64,000 nucleotides of DNA from Octopus vulgaris (GCA_951406725.2 OX597831.1:33666001-33730000); one strand, 5' to 3'; shown: positions 1 through 15,335, counted from the stretch's first letter. Made by a program: numbers and translations. The notes: generated by a model from the sequence alone, not told the origin.

Positions 1-610
1 CCGAGCGTTGCGAGTGTTTATTGAGCGAAAACACCTAAAGCTCCACGTGGCTACGGCAAGGGGCCGTGGCGAACCCTGCTGTACTCTTTCTCAACAACTT
101 TCTCTCACTCTTTCTTCCTGTTTCTCTTGTGCCTGCATTTCAAAGAGCCAGCCTTGTCACACACTGCATTTCTTCAAACGTTTGTTAAACTATAACATGT
201 GGGTGTTTTATTTGCGCAGTCTTTATTTTTCGTAAATTTCCACCAGATTTCCATATTTTTCTGTTGCATATACTACATGGTGTTTGAAATTATTAACAAC
301 ACTGTAAGTTTAAATATAATTTTGTATGGAATTCTTTCCTTTTTCCTTGAAATATTTTCTTGCTTCATTCCATTTTTTTTTATCTTATAGCCTCGGTCGT
401 CTGCAACTTTTGCCCCACCAGCTAAACTCTAAGAAATAAACAAATAAATATGAATAAATAAAAATTCCAATCAATTCATTAGAGAATCATCGTATCAAGT
501 GCAATTTTGCTGAAGTTCTGGTTAATTTCTCAAGAGATTTTCATCTTGTTTAGCCTTGTAAGGATTCTTTGACAAATAAATCTCTGTAAATGTCGGCCAG
601 TAGAGAATGG

Positions 611-664
<54 letters not shown>

Positions 665-1206
665 GAACTTAACGAAAACAAAAATAACACATAATTTTTG
701 TATTTCTATTGACTACACAAGTTATCAAACATAACGTTTAAACGATATCCCATCCTCAAACCCCTCCAAAACAAACAAACAAAGAAACCTCCAAAATGAT
801 TGATTGGATGGTCCTTCGGAATACATAACTAAAGTGTCGTTGTCACCAATACGGCAATAATATAGAGATAAATTTAAAGCTATATATATTCAAATACGTA
901 TTAATCATTCAGATGAAAATGACAAAAAAATATAAATAATATATGCATATATATATACATATATATGATATATCTATATATATACATACATTAATATATA
1001 TATATGTATATATATGTATATATATATACGTATATCAAGAATATACAGAAGAAGGAAAAATATTTGAAGAAAAGGAAACTCACGAAAATTTTGATTGGAC
1101 GGAAAGAAATAAGTAATTATAAAACTTCACTAAAATTGTGTATGAATATCTATATGTATGTGTATGTATGTATGTATGTATGTATGTATGTATGTATGTC
1201 TCAATA

Positions 1207-1255
<49 letters not shown>

Positions 1256-1390
1256 GTCAGTCTAAATAAATAAATAATATACAAGCATGAGCACATACAT
1301 ATATTTATATATGTATCGAGATATATATATATGTTTATATATATTCATAAAAAGAGATATATATATAATACATATATACACATATATTTG

Positions 1391-1438
<48 letters not shown>

Positions 1439-1612
1439 TATGTATATATAAATGTGTGTATGTATGTGTATATATGTGTATATATGTGTTTGTATATATG
1501 TATATGTGTATATGTGTATGTATGTGTATGTATATCTATATACACACACACAAATATACATGTATGTATGTATATATATATGTATATATATATATATACA
1601 TATGTATGCACA

Positions 1613-1692
<80 letters not shown>

Positions 1693-2026
1693 CATCTGTC
1701 TGTCTCTCCCTCCTCTCTCTATCTTAATTCAGGCACACATATACGTACATATATGACGTAATGTAATGTAATCCAGTATGTAGATTTATTCAAAATTCCT
1801 TACAAAGGCAACTCTCTTTCAAAGGTGTGATCTTGCTTCTTGAAAGAAAGTAAATTTATGGGTTGTTTGATATAAAGAACAGCGAAAAAAGTCTCTTGTC
1901 TTTGTAAGAAATATTGAATAAATCTGCATATTGGATTATACTCCACTTGATATATTTTGTACTGAGCACTTAGATTGTATGTTATGAATCATTGTCTCTC
2001 CTCCTTACTCTCTTTCTATGTATATA

Positions 2027-3143
2027 AACCGATTTTCAAAACTATAAAGTCAGAGCACTGTCTGCTTTTTTTTTTCGGTGAACTAAACCACCCAAATTCT
2101 TGAAACTCACCCCTAAATAGGAAATAGAAAAGAAGGAGGTATTGCAATATTCAGATTTATTGGAATTCGAAAATAAATTAAATAATTAAAAAATCTGAAG
2201 TTGTCATTGTTTTATGAATAGGAGCATTGTCGTGCTGAAATATGAAGTTCTCGTTTTGGAGCCTTGTTCCTTCTCTGTGAATGTGAACCCTGTCTAAAAT
2301 ATCGATGTATCGTGCATCCTTGAAACGGCCGTCCACGATGACAAGCTGTAGCTTTCTCATAGCAGATATTGCTACCCACACTATAAGGTCTTTTCCGCTG
2401 TTCTGCAACTTGGAATAACTAGAATTTTGTATACATTTATCTGCCCTGTAATACTTACAAGCATTGGGATCATCCAAATTCCATTTTCCTTATCAGAGAA
2501 CAGAACCCTGGTCTATTCCCCATCCCACGTCTGATGCTGCCAAGCAAACTCCAATCTAACAGCTTTGTGGGAAGGGGAAAACAACGAACGCCCTAGCCAC
2601 TCCTTCAGGTGGAAATCATGGTTCAAAATCACTCTTCTTACGATGGATATCGAAGCTCCTACTCCTGGTGACGGCTTGATTTTGGAAACTGAAAGGTAGC
2701 GTAACATTTTCACAGCTCTGACATTGGTCCTTTAATCCTTTTCTAATGTAGCCGTTGGACGTCCATTATCATCAACCCTGTTGTAGTTATTAGAATCTTT
2801 CAGAAAGTTGTCAACTGGCGTTGTGCTTCACTAAATCTTCTCGGCAATCTCCCTTCCACTTTCAATATAATTTGGATCACGGAGAATACGATGGAGTCGA
2901 ATATTTTCCGAAACAATCTGGAAAGATATGAATATCTATTAAGGGCTTCATAGTTTTGAAGTGTTGAGATACTAGGGAAAATCAGTTGTAATATGATAAT
3001 AAAGGTACAAGGTTTACATTTCAGAGTATTCATGATATAGCCGTTTACAATATACTATGCCTCTTAGTTCACTTAAATACAGAACTACATTTCAAAATAA
3101 CTTAAGAAAAAAACATGTGGCTTTATAGTTTTGAATAGTAGTT
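2027..3143 (-). mobile_element. Decayed Tc1-family DNA transposon
   Basis: Transposase remnants HKAVRLEFAWQHQTW, VLFSD, VWVAIS and FIFQHDNAPIH; imperfect TIRs sharing ttcaaaactataaag; TA flanks. Confidence 0.85.
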
Positions 3144-3205
<62 letters not shown>

Positions 3206-3893
3206 CCAACATTATCAGTATCAGCCACTTAATGCTTTTGTGTTGTTAAACGCTAATAGCCGTGTTATTTCGTCCTAGAGGGTGAATGTAGTTTAAAGAC
3301 GTATAGTGTTAAAAACACATTATATTTCAAAGATGAGCGAAGCGAAATCCCCCGAGTGCTCTAACCATTACGCTAAGCGGCCCCTGGCAACAAGCCCCAT
3401 CAATTTGAAAGCTGAATAATAGCTTTTCGGATATGAGAACATTTTATAAACAAACTTTGGAAATGCTGAATGTGTTTGGTATTTTACAGATAAGAGACTA
3501 AATTTCGCATAGTAAAGTTGTGAAAACAGCAGAGACAATTCAGGGTAATTGCTGTCAGGGGCCGTCTGACAAAAAAAAAGTGACAACAAAAGAGTGAGAC
3601 CTCGATATTAGGTAAATATGTGTGTGGCTAAGTGTATGAGTACGTACATGCACATATATGTTTGTGTGTGTGTGTGTGGACATGTAAATACACTTGTTTG
3701 TATGAGTGCGTACGTATGCAGACGTTATGAACGCAGGAGGTTTTATGTCTATGTATTGTGAGAATATGGTTGCGTGTATTTTTTATCTTTTATATTTTCC
3801 TACCAATTAGAGTAACTTCCCTTTTATTCTATTGCCATTAATAGCAGACGAGAATGCATTATAACAACTTACTGATTGTCCTAAGCACTACGT

Positions 3894-3925
<32 letters not shown>

Positions 3926-4390
3926 GTATATATATATATATATGGCTGTATTTATGTGTGTGTGTGTGTGTGAGTGGATGTGTGTGTATCAAAAGTAAGG
4001 CTTTATGAGTCATAGGGTCATAAAGCCTTCCGGTTTTTGTGATCTATATATATTATACACTCTACCCTTTTTAGGCTTTTGGTCTTGGTCGAAATATTTT
4101 TCGTCAGAGAAGTACTCCACGTGCCACAGTGGGCTGACATAAATGTAGTACACGAGGATATTCGTTATAGTCACATGTACTTAAAAGAGGCCAAATCATG
4201 TTTGCACTGATCCGTGCTAAGCGGTTACTTAACAACGCTAAACCCCTCTAACGGACATGCTACGCTTTGGTTTTTCTCTGATGATAATGAAGCTTCGATT
4301 AGGACCAAAAGTCTAACTAGAGAAATGACAGATGGTTATGTGTAGATCATTCTGATGCCCCAACTCTATGAATGATGCACACTGAGTTTC

Positions 4391-4608
4391 GGTACTAGGG
4401 TAAAAAATCTCCACTGGACAAAATTCCCCCCGGACAAAATCCTCCGGTAGTCAAAATCTCCTGGGGCATTGTTGATTTTTTTTTACAATAAAAGTATTTT
4501 ACGAAAGTGAAATTTCATAAAAAAATTAAAAATATTTATTAGTTAATATTTTCATGTAAAATTTGTCCGGTGGGGATTTTGTCCTCGGTGGGTGTTTATC
4601 CTGATACC
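4391..4608. mobile_element. Mutator-like MITE
   Basis: Imperfect TIRs built of ggacaaaat(c)ccc motifs; 9-bp target duplication ctgagtttc (4382-4390) / ctaagtttc (4609-4617). Confidence 0.65.
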
Positions 4609-5303
4609 CTAAGTTTCCCCTCAAATGTGATCGTTTTACGAGTTGTGAGTAACCACAGGGTCTTTGAATTTATGTCGCTGGGTATGTTGAAGGGCTGGAG
4701 GCAGCTGCTGATTACTGAATGAACGAAGAGCGCAGTGGAATATAACACGTGATCCATTTAGACAATTCACTCTGATTTGAACCATCCTTCCTCAATACCA
4801 TATTTCCTCTCCTTTTCATCTTTCTTCTAAGATTTAGAAGTGAATACATATAAGTGATGGATCGCTATTCTAAAGGCAGTACAATACAAAATATGTTGAG
4901 CGATATTTGATTTCCACAGAGAATAAAATTCAACAACTAAATGGAAAAAATAAAAAGGGAGTCTTTACGCAATCCCTCGGCACCCAATAGGCTGCTAGAC
5001 ATAATAGCCTAAGAGAAATACAAAAATGAAGACCCATTAGATAATGGAACTTGTTGTGCATTATTAAAATATAAAAAACTGATTATGATGATGATGATGC
5101 TAAATAATGGTGATTATGATGATCACGCTCCAAATGCCAGCACCAATACTACCACTATCATCATCATCATCATCATTACCGTTATTATCATCATCATCGT
5201 TATCTTTAACATCACCACAACCAACACCTTCCACCAGTCCCCTCTACTTTAACATCATCATTATCATCATCACTACGAAGAAGAAGAAGAAGAAGAAACA
5301 CAG

Positions 5304-5381
<78 letters not shown>

Positions 5382-5826
5382 GAAGAAGAAGAAGAAGAAG
5401 GAAAAGAAGAAGAAGAAAGAGGAGGAGGGGAGGAGATGTAAGCTAGTATTGCTATCCACTAACAATGACGAAATACCCGGGATGCTTAATATAACAAAGG
5501 GGATACATGAATCTGAGAAGAAAAAGAATTCAAGACGGCTATGCTAATAGGAAGAGCCTGTTGTGTTAATAGCTGGCAATATCATTCACTAATTTTTTTT
5601 CTTGTAAGAATGAGTAGAGCAAATGTATGGCTGGTTATGTAATCCAGAAGGAATATTAAGAAAAACTTAAACAAATGTATGTATGTATGTATGTATGTAT
5701 GTATGTATGTATGTATGTATGTATGTATGTATGTATGTATGTATGGATGGATGGATGTGCGTATCTGTATGTGTATACATGTAACTATCTATCTCTAAAT
5801 GAATGTACATGTATACATAAAAGTTT

Positions 5827-5862
<36 letters not shown>

Positions 5863-5909
5863 GTACATGTGTATGCGTGTGTATATATATATCCGTGCGT
5901 GCACGATTG

Positions 5910-5960
<51 letters not shown>

Positions 5961-6000
5961 GTCTGTCTGTCTGTCTGTCTGTCTATTCATCTTTGTCTCT

Positions 6001-6041
<41 letters not shown>

Positions 6042-6522
6042 AATATAATCATATATATACATATATATGATTATATATATATATATGTATATATATATAT
6101 AGATAGATATATAGATATATGCAAGCTTACACACACATACACACACTCAAACACACACATATATATACACATACACATATATACATCTACATAATTTGTG
6201 AAGTTGGAAATACTTCGGGATTTACTCAGTGGCCGTGAGCTTCATGTGTAACATTCTTCAAATTAAACTTAACATTTCCTGGGAGTTCTATTTATAATTT
6301 GGACACAAAAATCGATAGAATATTCTGGAGAAAAAGGAAAAGGTAAAAAAAAAAGGAGTTAATGTCACGTGATGACAGTACATACATTTAAAATGTCAGA
6401 AATAAGATCGGTACATGGGGAATGAGAGGAGGAATGGCGTAGCAATGAGTGCGAATAAACAAGCATAAATGTTTAAGTTCATAGTTATACACATAGACAA
6501 ACATACACAAAGATACACACAA

Positions 6523-6570
<48 letters not shown>

Positions 6571-6814
6571 TCAAAATATAGTCACAAGCACACACACACA
6601 GATATGTAGACACAGAATGTATGTGTGTATATATATATATATATATATGTATGTATATGCGCATGCGTGCGTAAATAGATATATAGTAACAGTGATATGC
6701 GTACAAGTTGGTGTGTGTGTGCGTGCGTGCGTGCGTTCACGTGTGTGTTGGTACACAAAACAACAATTGCTGCACGTAATATTATGTTTATGCGTGTGTG
6801 TGTTTGCACGTGTG

Positions 6815-6864
<50 letters not shown>

Positions 6865-6913
6865 TATATATATGCATGTATATATATATACATACATATA
6901 CATATATATATAC

Positions 6914-7038
<125 letters not shown>

Positions 7039-7119
7039 AGGAACTGATGCGTTTGTGTGTGTGTATATATATAGATGTATACATATTTTATATATATGAA
7101 ATATATATATATTAATATG

Positions 7120-7185
<66 letters not shown>

Positions 7186-7331
7186 ATCTCGCAAATTTAT
7201 ATAATTTAAAGTAAACATATTTACATTACATATAAATTATATGCTCTTTATATTTATATATATTTAAAATTATATATAAATTATATGCATAGCAGTTTTA
7301 TTTATTAGATTTGGAGCAAAAGAAAACGTGG

Positions 7332-7370
<39 letters not shown>

Positions 7371-7630
7371 TATTCTAAACAGTATGACGCAAATATCGAC
7401 ATTTCATATAAGTGAACTTCACACATGCACTAGAATGGGCGCTCGCGCGCACACGCACACACCATTATGTGTATGCATATATAATGCACATACGTGTATA
7501 TATACATCTATAAGAAACACGCACAGCTCTGTATATGTACACACCTGCCTGTATATTTAAGTATATATATATGCATATATCTATCTATCTGTCTGTCTAT
7601 AGCTATTTGTATATATATATATACATATAA

Positions 7631-7683
<53 letters not shown>

Positions 7684-8040
7684 ATCTGTGGTTCAAACTG
7701 CTGAGTTTAAATCGATAGGCTGTGAAATCGATTTCCAAACTGGCTTGTGTGTTTTCTTTGATCAACGCATTCCTTTTCCCGTTTCCCAGTACTCTCAGAT
7801 GAAAATGGACACCTACGAAGCTGGAGCACACTCTTACGACGGACAGATGGATCGGTCATTAATTATACAATACCCCAGTCACTTCTTTTTACGGTTGGTC
7901 AGGCAAATCACTGTGTTGCTGATTAGCAGGTCATGTGTTGCCCATGTCTTCAGTAGTAGATGTCCATTGCTGTTGGTCTTGCTAACTCCGTTCCTTGCAA
8001 TGACCACCCCACCATTTCTGGCAGTCTGCACCAACTCTAA

Positions 8041-8092
<52 letters not shown>

Positions 8093-8221
8093 GTCATCAT
8101 CATCCTCATTATTATCATGATCATCATGATCATCATGATCCTGATCATCATCATCATCATCGTCGTCGTCGCCATCATCAATGTGTTTTGCTTCCGTTTT
8201 CCCATGGGTGTATAGGTTAGG

Positions 8222-8380
8222 CGACTTAGGTACAGTTGCTACAAGGGCTTCCAAGTCTTCATGAAACTTGTCTTTGATCTCCTCATAGTGGGGGTGTAGG
8301 CACTGGTAATTGTGGCATGGTGATTTCTTCTAAGAGGAAGCCGCAGAAACATCAATCGGTCATTCAGTCCTTCGGGGAAG
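8222..8380 (-). mobile_element. RTE-clade LINE endonuclease fragment (inverted 5' segment)
   Basis: Minus-strand translation GLNDRLMFLRLPLRRNHHATITSAYTPT...DLEALVATVPKS resembles the RTE/BovB APE domain. Confidence 0.75.
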
Positions 8381-9634
8381 GTCATGGAAAAGTTCGGGTA
8401 CGCAGACAAACTCATCAGTATGGTACGTTAGTTTGATGACGGCATGCTTGCTCTGATGTTGGACAGTGGAGATTCTTCCGACGCGTTCCCAGTTACTAAC
8501 GAGGCTGTCTACTCGCGGCTACGCTGTTCAGCATGATGTTCTCAGACACGCTGACGGATGCCTTCTGCAAGATCGGTTAAACGGGCGTCAAGATCAAATT
8601 GAGAATCGATAGCAGTCTACTCAACCTTCAGAGACTCCAGACCAAAAACCAAGGTGAAAGAGGACTCAGTGCATGACTTTCTGTTTACACTCGATTGCGC
8701 ACTCAACGCCACAACAAAAGCTCAGACACAGCAGAGCAAGAACTACTTTTCCACTGCCTGCAACAATTTTGGCCAAACAATCAATACTCAAAAGAATGAG
8801 GTCATGCACTAACTTGCCCCGCAGAAGCAGTATGTGGAACTAACTATCACTGTCAAAAGGAAAACTTCGAATGTTGTTCATAAGTTCACGTGCGTCGGTA
8901 GCACGCTTTCCAAACCGGAGAACATTGACGATGAAGCCGACACATGCATTGCAAAGGGAAGGTCAGCATTTGAGTAGCTACATGAATAAATATGGAGAGG
9001 AAAAGCATTAGGCTGGCCACCAAGTTGAAGGTGTACCAAGAGGTTCTACTCCCGACACTACTGTATGCCTGCGAGACTTGGACGGTTTACGAACGCCACG
9101 CCAAACGGCTAAACCGATTCCACATGAACTATATGAGAAAGCTGTTGAAAACCACCTTAAAAGACGAGGTCTCAGACACAAAGGTCCTCTTTCGAACTGA
9201 GGAGAGCGCAGGTCAGGTAGGCAGGACAGATTTTTCGAAAACCTGACACACGACTCTTCCAAAGACTGTATTACAACGAACTGGTAGAAGGAAAGCACAA
9301 AGTGGACAGAAAAAAAAACGCTTCAAGGATTCACTCAAAGTCTCACCGAAGTGCTTTCAGATCAACTCAAACACCTGGGAAATGCAAGGACAGGACTGCC
9401 CTGCCTGGCGTAGCTGCACCATCAGCGGTGTCACATCCTATGAACAGAACAGAATCGCAGGATCACAATGAAAACGCAAGCTGCGCAAGCCCAAAGGCAA
9501 TTCCTTGCCTGCATTCCCAACGGGCCACCAGTACCCAAGCTGCAGTAGCGCATTCCGAGCACGCATCCGGACGCACCATCACCCATCATCTCTCATGTGA
9601 TATCCTTTGATATCGTCAACAATGATGGATGAAC

Positions 9635-9635
<1 letters not shown>
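8381..9635 (+). mobile_element. RTE/BovB-like LINE, reverse transcriptase region to 3' end, pseudogenised
   Basis: MEKFGYADKLISMVR, AFPVTN, TKLKVYQEVLLPTLLYACETWTVYERHAKRLNRFH; 3' end followed by (TTA)n. Confidence 0.9.
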
Positions 9636-9690
<55 letters not shown>

Positions 9691-9693
9691 TAC

Positions 9694-9771
<78 letters not shown>

Positions 9772-9775
9772 GCAA

Positions 9776-9992
9776 GGCGGCTGGCTGGTAAAATCGTTAG
9801 CACGCCGGGCGAAATGCTAAGCGGCATTTCGTCTGTCTTTATGTTCTGATTTCAAATTCCACCGAGGTCGACTTTGCCTTTTATCCTTTCGGGGTTGTTA
9901 GATTAAATACCAGTTGCGTACTGGTGTCGATCTAATCGACTGGCCCCCACCTCCCCACAAATTTCAGGCCTTGTGCCTATAGCAGAAAGGAT
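9776..9992 (+). mobile_element. SINE family C
   Basis: ggcgg..ctgg..aaa.cgttagcacgccgggcgaaatgc head and gaggtcgactttgccttt.atcctttcgggg core. Confidence 0.8.
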
Positions 9993-10213
9993 TATTTTTA
10001 TTATTATGTATGTGACCGTGTACATACGTGAGTGTGTATGTATGTGTGAAGAATATGCGATGGCTAGTCACCCAGTTAGCGTATCAGAACGAAAAAATAT
10101 CTTGTCCAAATGACGCCTCTTTGAGCTTTTATGGTTTTAGCAACTCGTCTCTTAAGAAACTCATAAAATGTGTAGAAAGCAAATATACAGAGTTCGATAT
10201 AAATCGTTTAAAA

Positions 10214-10444
10214 CAGTGATTCCGAAAGTGGAAAGATCCAGGGTGGGGTCATTCAAGAAATGTAGGGCGATAATGAGGTGGCCAAAACAGCAAAATAATG
10301 GGTTAATTATGTTAAGTTTTACGTTAATTATGGCTTACTTGCGTATCATTAATTACGGCTGTTTTGAATTTGCTATGTTTGTGGTGGTGAGTATGCGGAG
10401 GAATGTCAAGGGGGCGGCAACCCGTAAAAGTTTGGGAACCACTG
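10214..10444. mobile_element. hAT (Charlie-like) MITE
   Basis: TIRs cagtgattccgaaagt / cagtggttcccaaact (reverse complement); 8-bp flanks gtttaaaa / gtctaaag. Confidence 0.7.
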
Positions 10445-10587
10445 GTCTAAAGCATTTAAAGACGATACTCCAGAATGGAATCAATGAAAGAACAAGGAAA
10501 CAATGCATCGTAATTAACATCATCAACATCATAATCATCATCCTCATCCTCCTCCTCATTATTATCATCATCATCATCCTCATCATT

Positions 10588-10641
<54 letters not shown>

Positions 10642-10948
10642 GTCGTCATCATCATCCTCATCATTATTATCATGATCATCATGATGATCGTGATCCTGAT
10701 CATCATCATCATCATCGTCGTCGTCGTCGTCGTCGTCGCCATCATCAATGCGTTTTGCTTCCGTTTTTCCATGGGTGTATGGGTTAGGCGACATTTCTGG
10801 TGTAGCGTTTTGCAACTGGGTGCTTCTTCCTGTCGCTGATACATTTAATCATCTCTTACGCCACGCAGAGACACAGTACATCTATTCTAAAATCGGCATA
10901 AACACAGCAATTTAATCGTATATATGTATATATTTATTTGTATGTATG

Positions 10949-11126
<178 letters not shown>

Positions 11127-11478
11127 TAATAACAACAACAACAATAACAATAATTTATGCTTAAACATCACCATACACCCATTGACAAATTGATGTATCC
11201 ACAAATATAAGGATTCAGAACTGAAATTAGAACAAGTTATTAAATAGAAGCTAAAATTGAATAACTTTAAAATTGAAAATAAATAAGAAGAAAACAACAA
11301 CAACAACAACAACAAATATACACAAAAATATAAATTTCTTCGGAATAAAATCGAATGAAAACCGATCCTCATATTAACAGCTTTCTATATGCGTATTTGG
11401 TTTTGTTATACATATATGTATGCTTGCATACAAACATACATACATGCATACATACATACATATATTTATATATATATA

Positions 11479-11541
<63 letters not shown>

Positions 11542-11543
11542 GC

Positions 11544-11578
<35 letters not shown>

Positions 11579-11991
11579 TGTAAATATGGTTGTATATGTT
11601 TGTGTTTGTGCTTGTACGCATGTATGTGTAGTCATATATTTTATGTATATATGTATGTATATATGTATATATATGTATCTACACAACAAGCATTTTCTAT
11701 GTATATACATTCATTAAATAGACTCACTTGCGTTGAATAAATTCTCTTTCACTTGTACTATATATACATACATACATACATACATACATACATACATACA
11801 TACATACATACATACATACATTCATATATATATATATATATATGTATATAAGTTAGTTTAGTGTTTGTCTATACATACATTCACATATAAATATGCATAC
11901 ACACGCATGCTTATTTATAAATATAATTACAAATTTATATACCTTTATACACATATACTTATCTATAAATACATGCATATACAGATATATA

Positions 11992-12026
<35 letters not shown>

Positions 12027-12365
12027 GCATATATATATACCTATATATGTATGTATATATATTTATATATGTATGTGTGTATATATGAATGTGTACAAAA
12101 GTTATAGATGTATAACATACACAATAACTTTAGCATTGCTTTCATATGTTCTACTTTAACTATTCTCAACACAAATACACATTCTATTTTAGTTTCTATT
12201 GAACATTTTAATTATTTTCTACGTTATTAACGAAAGAAAAATTAAAATATAGCGGAGTATATTTATTCAATATTAAAACTGACGCCATTTTCTTGTACAA
12301 TTGTGTTTCTTGTACTTTATATAGTTAAGGAAAAATAACTTATTTTGAAGGTTTTTAACATTTTG

Positions 12366-12468
<103 letters not shown>

Positions 12469-12489
12469 GTAATAGTAACTATTATTATT

Positions 12490-13512
12490 ATATGAAAACT
12501 CACAGCTTATTTTTGCAGGGTATAATGGAATGTGTCAGCTGTCCACAGCCAGCAGACTAAGATGAAACTTGTTTACTTGTCATGTTTCAAGAACCCTGCG
12601 AAGAATTTTTGCAGGTCCAAGCAATGCTGATGTTTGCGGCTGTTCCACCTTCACACTTGCACCGATCTTTTTCAGCCATGTTGGCAGCTAAGTGCGCCAA
12701 TTACTAATGGTGTCACATTTACTCTCTTCATTGACTACAACCTTCGTATTTCCCACTTCGAATCGTCATACTTCTTTATTTTTTTCTTCTTCTTTCACAT
12801 TGATCCTGTTTCAGGTTTTCGATGTCTGGTCGGCTGATCGCACTGAATCACTGCATCCCACTGAATTTTGCAATTTCTCATTTCCGGTGACTCCTTCTGG
12901 AGTGTGCTCATGCCACGTCTTTGCACTTTATAGGCCGTGATTTCCACAGAGCTCCCAATGGATCGCTTTTGGCACATTGTCATATCGTCTTATGTCTTCG
13001 CGTTGTGCCAATTTCGGAATTCGCTAACGATGTGCCATATCGTTTCACGCCTCCCATCACACATTCTGCATTTGTCGCTATCGGTAGTGTAGTCTATTCT
13101 GCGCGTCATATAGTTGGTCCTTAATGCTTGTTCCTGAGCTGCGCATATGAACGCTTTTGTCTCAATCTTCAGGTCACTCCTTCTCATCCGTAGCCACCGG
13201 TCCTCTGTGTCTGTCTTAGCTTTCACATCTCTTGCAAACTGCCCTTACATTTTCTTTTCCTTCTACGTTTTTTCTGTTTTCTTTTGCTCAATTCTTGTTT
13301 AATATTTTCTTTAGTTACATAATTTTCCATGTGGATGACGCCGGTCTTCTTCGTGTGTTTCAAGAATGGTTCCACGGCATTTTTTATATACTACCCAAGG
13401 CTCTTTTCTTCTGTATTTCGATACAGTCCTGGCAACTGATTAAAACTCTCCTACGCTTTCTTCTGGACAAGTACAGCGCATCTGTGTCACTCTTTGGGTG
13501 GAAGGCTCCGTG

Positions 13513-13513
<1 letters not shown>
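12490..13513 (-). mobile_element. R4/Dong-like non-LTR retrotransposon 3' fragment (zinc finger + restriction-like endonuclease)
   Basis: AAQEQALRTNY...KCRMC...ETIWHIVSE, WDAVIQCD..RHRKP, PLVIGAL; set between TAA/ATT repeats. Confidence 0.85.
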
Positions 13514-13596
<83 letters not shown>

Positions 13597-14072
13597 TGCT
13601 CTTATTAGTATTATCTTGGTATAAAGATGGGCTGTCTTGGTATAAAAGATAGGCTACAGCAAATATTATGCTCAATACCACAGATTTGCTTGTCAGTTGT
13701 GTGACCTTAACTAGTTGACCATGTCTCTTAGTGACTGACGATATGTGCAACTCTGATCACGAGCAGAAGTAGTAGGGGAGCATCATAGCCATGTGTTAAG
13801 AGGAATTCTTGGAGGTTTGGATAATTCACCTTTGGAAACATGGGTGGTTCGTTCAACATCCTTAAACAATCCTTAATCAGAAACCTTCTGAGCGGGATGG
13901 GCTACTCGACCTGAAGAACATTCTAACAGGGCCCCACCTGCAAAGTCATGAGCTGTTTATCTTGACATGAGATCACCATGTCGCGCACATCTGGTTGTGA
14001 TGCATGTGCCTGGTGTACCCATATCAGACGGATTGTCATGATGAGTATACTGGGCTTCGTATATTATACCCC
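13597..14072 (-). repeat. Unclassified dispersed repeat with TTA tail; second copy at ~45035-45446
   Basis: Long shared sequence (cagcaaatatt..ccacagatttgcttgtcagttg..gagcagaagtag..ggccccacctgcaa) at both sites. Confidence 0.75.
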
Positions 14073-14084
14073 TATTTGCTATAG

Positions 14085-15335
14085 GTTATTTTCCGTATTT
14101 CTCCTGACGTCTTTGGTGCCTTGTATTTGTCTGCATGTTTTCTGACCGTATCTAAAGTACCTAACATTATACAAATTGTTCCTATTTTCGAACCCCGCTT
14201 TCAGTTTACCTCTGTTTTCCAGATTTTAGTACTTGGTTACTGTCTTCATCTTAAGAGATATGTTATCATCTGAGGAGACTAATATGCTGATTAGAAGGCA
14301 TTTCTTTTACTGATGTCCTTCACAACAATATCAGGTCCATTAGTCCATTAGTCTTGATCTCGTTGTATGTGTGTATTGGTATATCTTAGATTATGGTTAC
14401 TCTGCTATTTTGAGAGCCTTTTCTGATGTACCCCTGTGCCATCGGTATAATGTGCAGTAGATGTAAGTTCCAACTTTGTCATATCTGTGGATGTATTCTT
14501 TTCTGTCTAAAACTGGGAACCTAGAGACCAAGTGGTTAATCCGATTCAGCACCATCTCCACGTATTCTGCAGTTACTGTATTCTGTTTCATTAAGCGCTT
14601 TTCATAGTTTCTTATGGGAGAGTTTTGCTCCTGTAAAGCTATAAAAAACACATCGGGGACTGTTTCGAGACCCGTATTTAGGGAATTCTCTATGTCAATT
14701 TCCATTTGGATCAGCTTTTTACAGCAGTTATCCTGTAATGGCTTTTCTTGTAATCGTTTCGTCATAGCATTCCGTAGTCCCAATTTTAATTTAGAATTGA
14801 GATGTTTCACAATTTTTGTCATCTACATTTTCTACATTTCTTTATAGCTTTCTTCTACATTTTATTTATAGCTATCTGTCACTTCAGCTTCTGTTTTGTA
14901 ATTTTTCCTTCAAGGCAGAGAAGAGTTCTTTGTTTTGTTCATATCTTCGTAGCTATTTGTATTAATTTTCATGGTTCTGTACTAGATATTATCATAGTCC
15001 TTTGTGGTTATTCTGTAAAAATTTCCTGGTTCTATAAGATTAAATTCTCTCCCACAGTGTCATCGTAGTAAATAAGGTGTTTCAATGTTAGATTTTAGGT
15101 GATGTTATCAAAATGCAGTCATTATTTTGCTTGCCTTTGCATTTCAGTTGAGAATATTAACACTTTAACTTATTACTGGGGCAGTTAAATTATTCATTCC
15201 ATTACCTTAGTTTTCGTATATAGCTCTGTTTTAAGTAGTAATCTAATGTGTCTATAATATTGCTTCCGAATCTTTTTTGTCATTTGTGCGTGTTATATGC
15301 TGTCTAATTCATGGATTCCTAAGTATTTGTATGTA
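14085..15335 (-). mobile_element. Old R4/Dong-like LINE fragment
   Basis: YKYLGIHE, FFIALQEQ, INHLVSRFPVLDRKEYIHRYDKVGTYIY. Confidence 0.75.

Noticed and set aside
3368-3589. Minus-strand ORF after a strong splice acceptor
   Set aside because: No convincing donor, runs into a tRNA-like SINE head, unrecognisable peptide.
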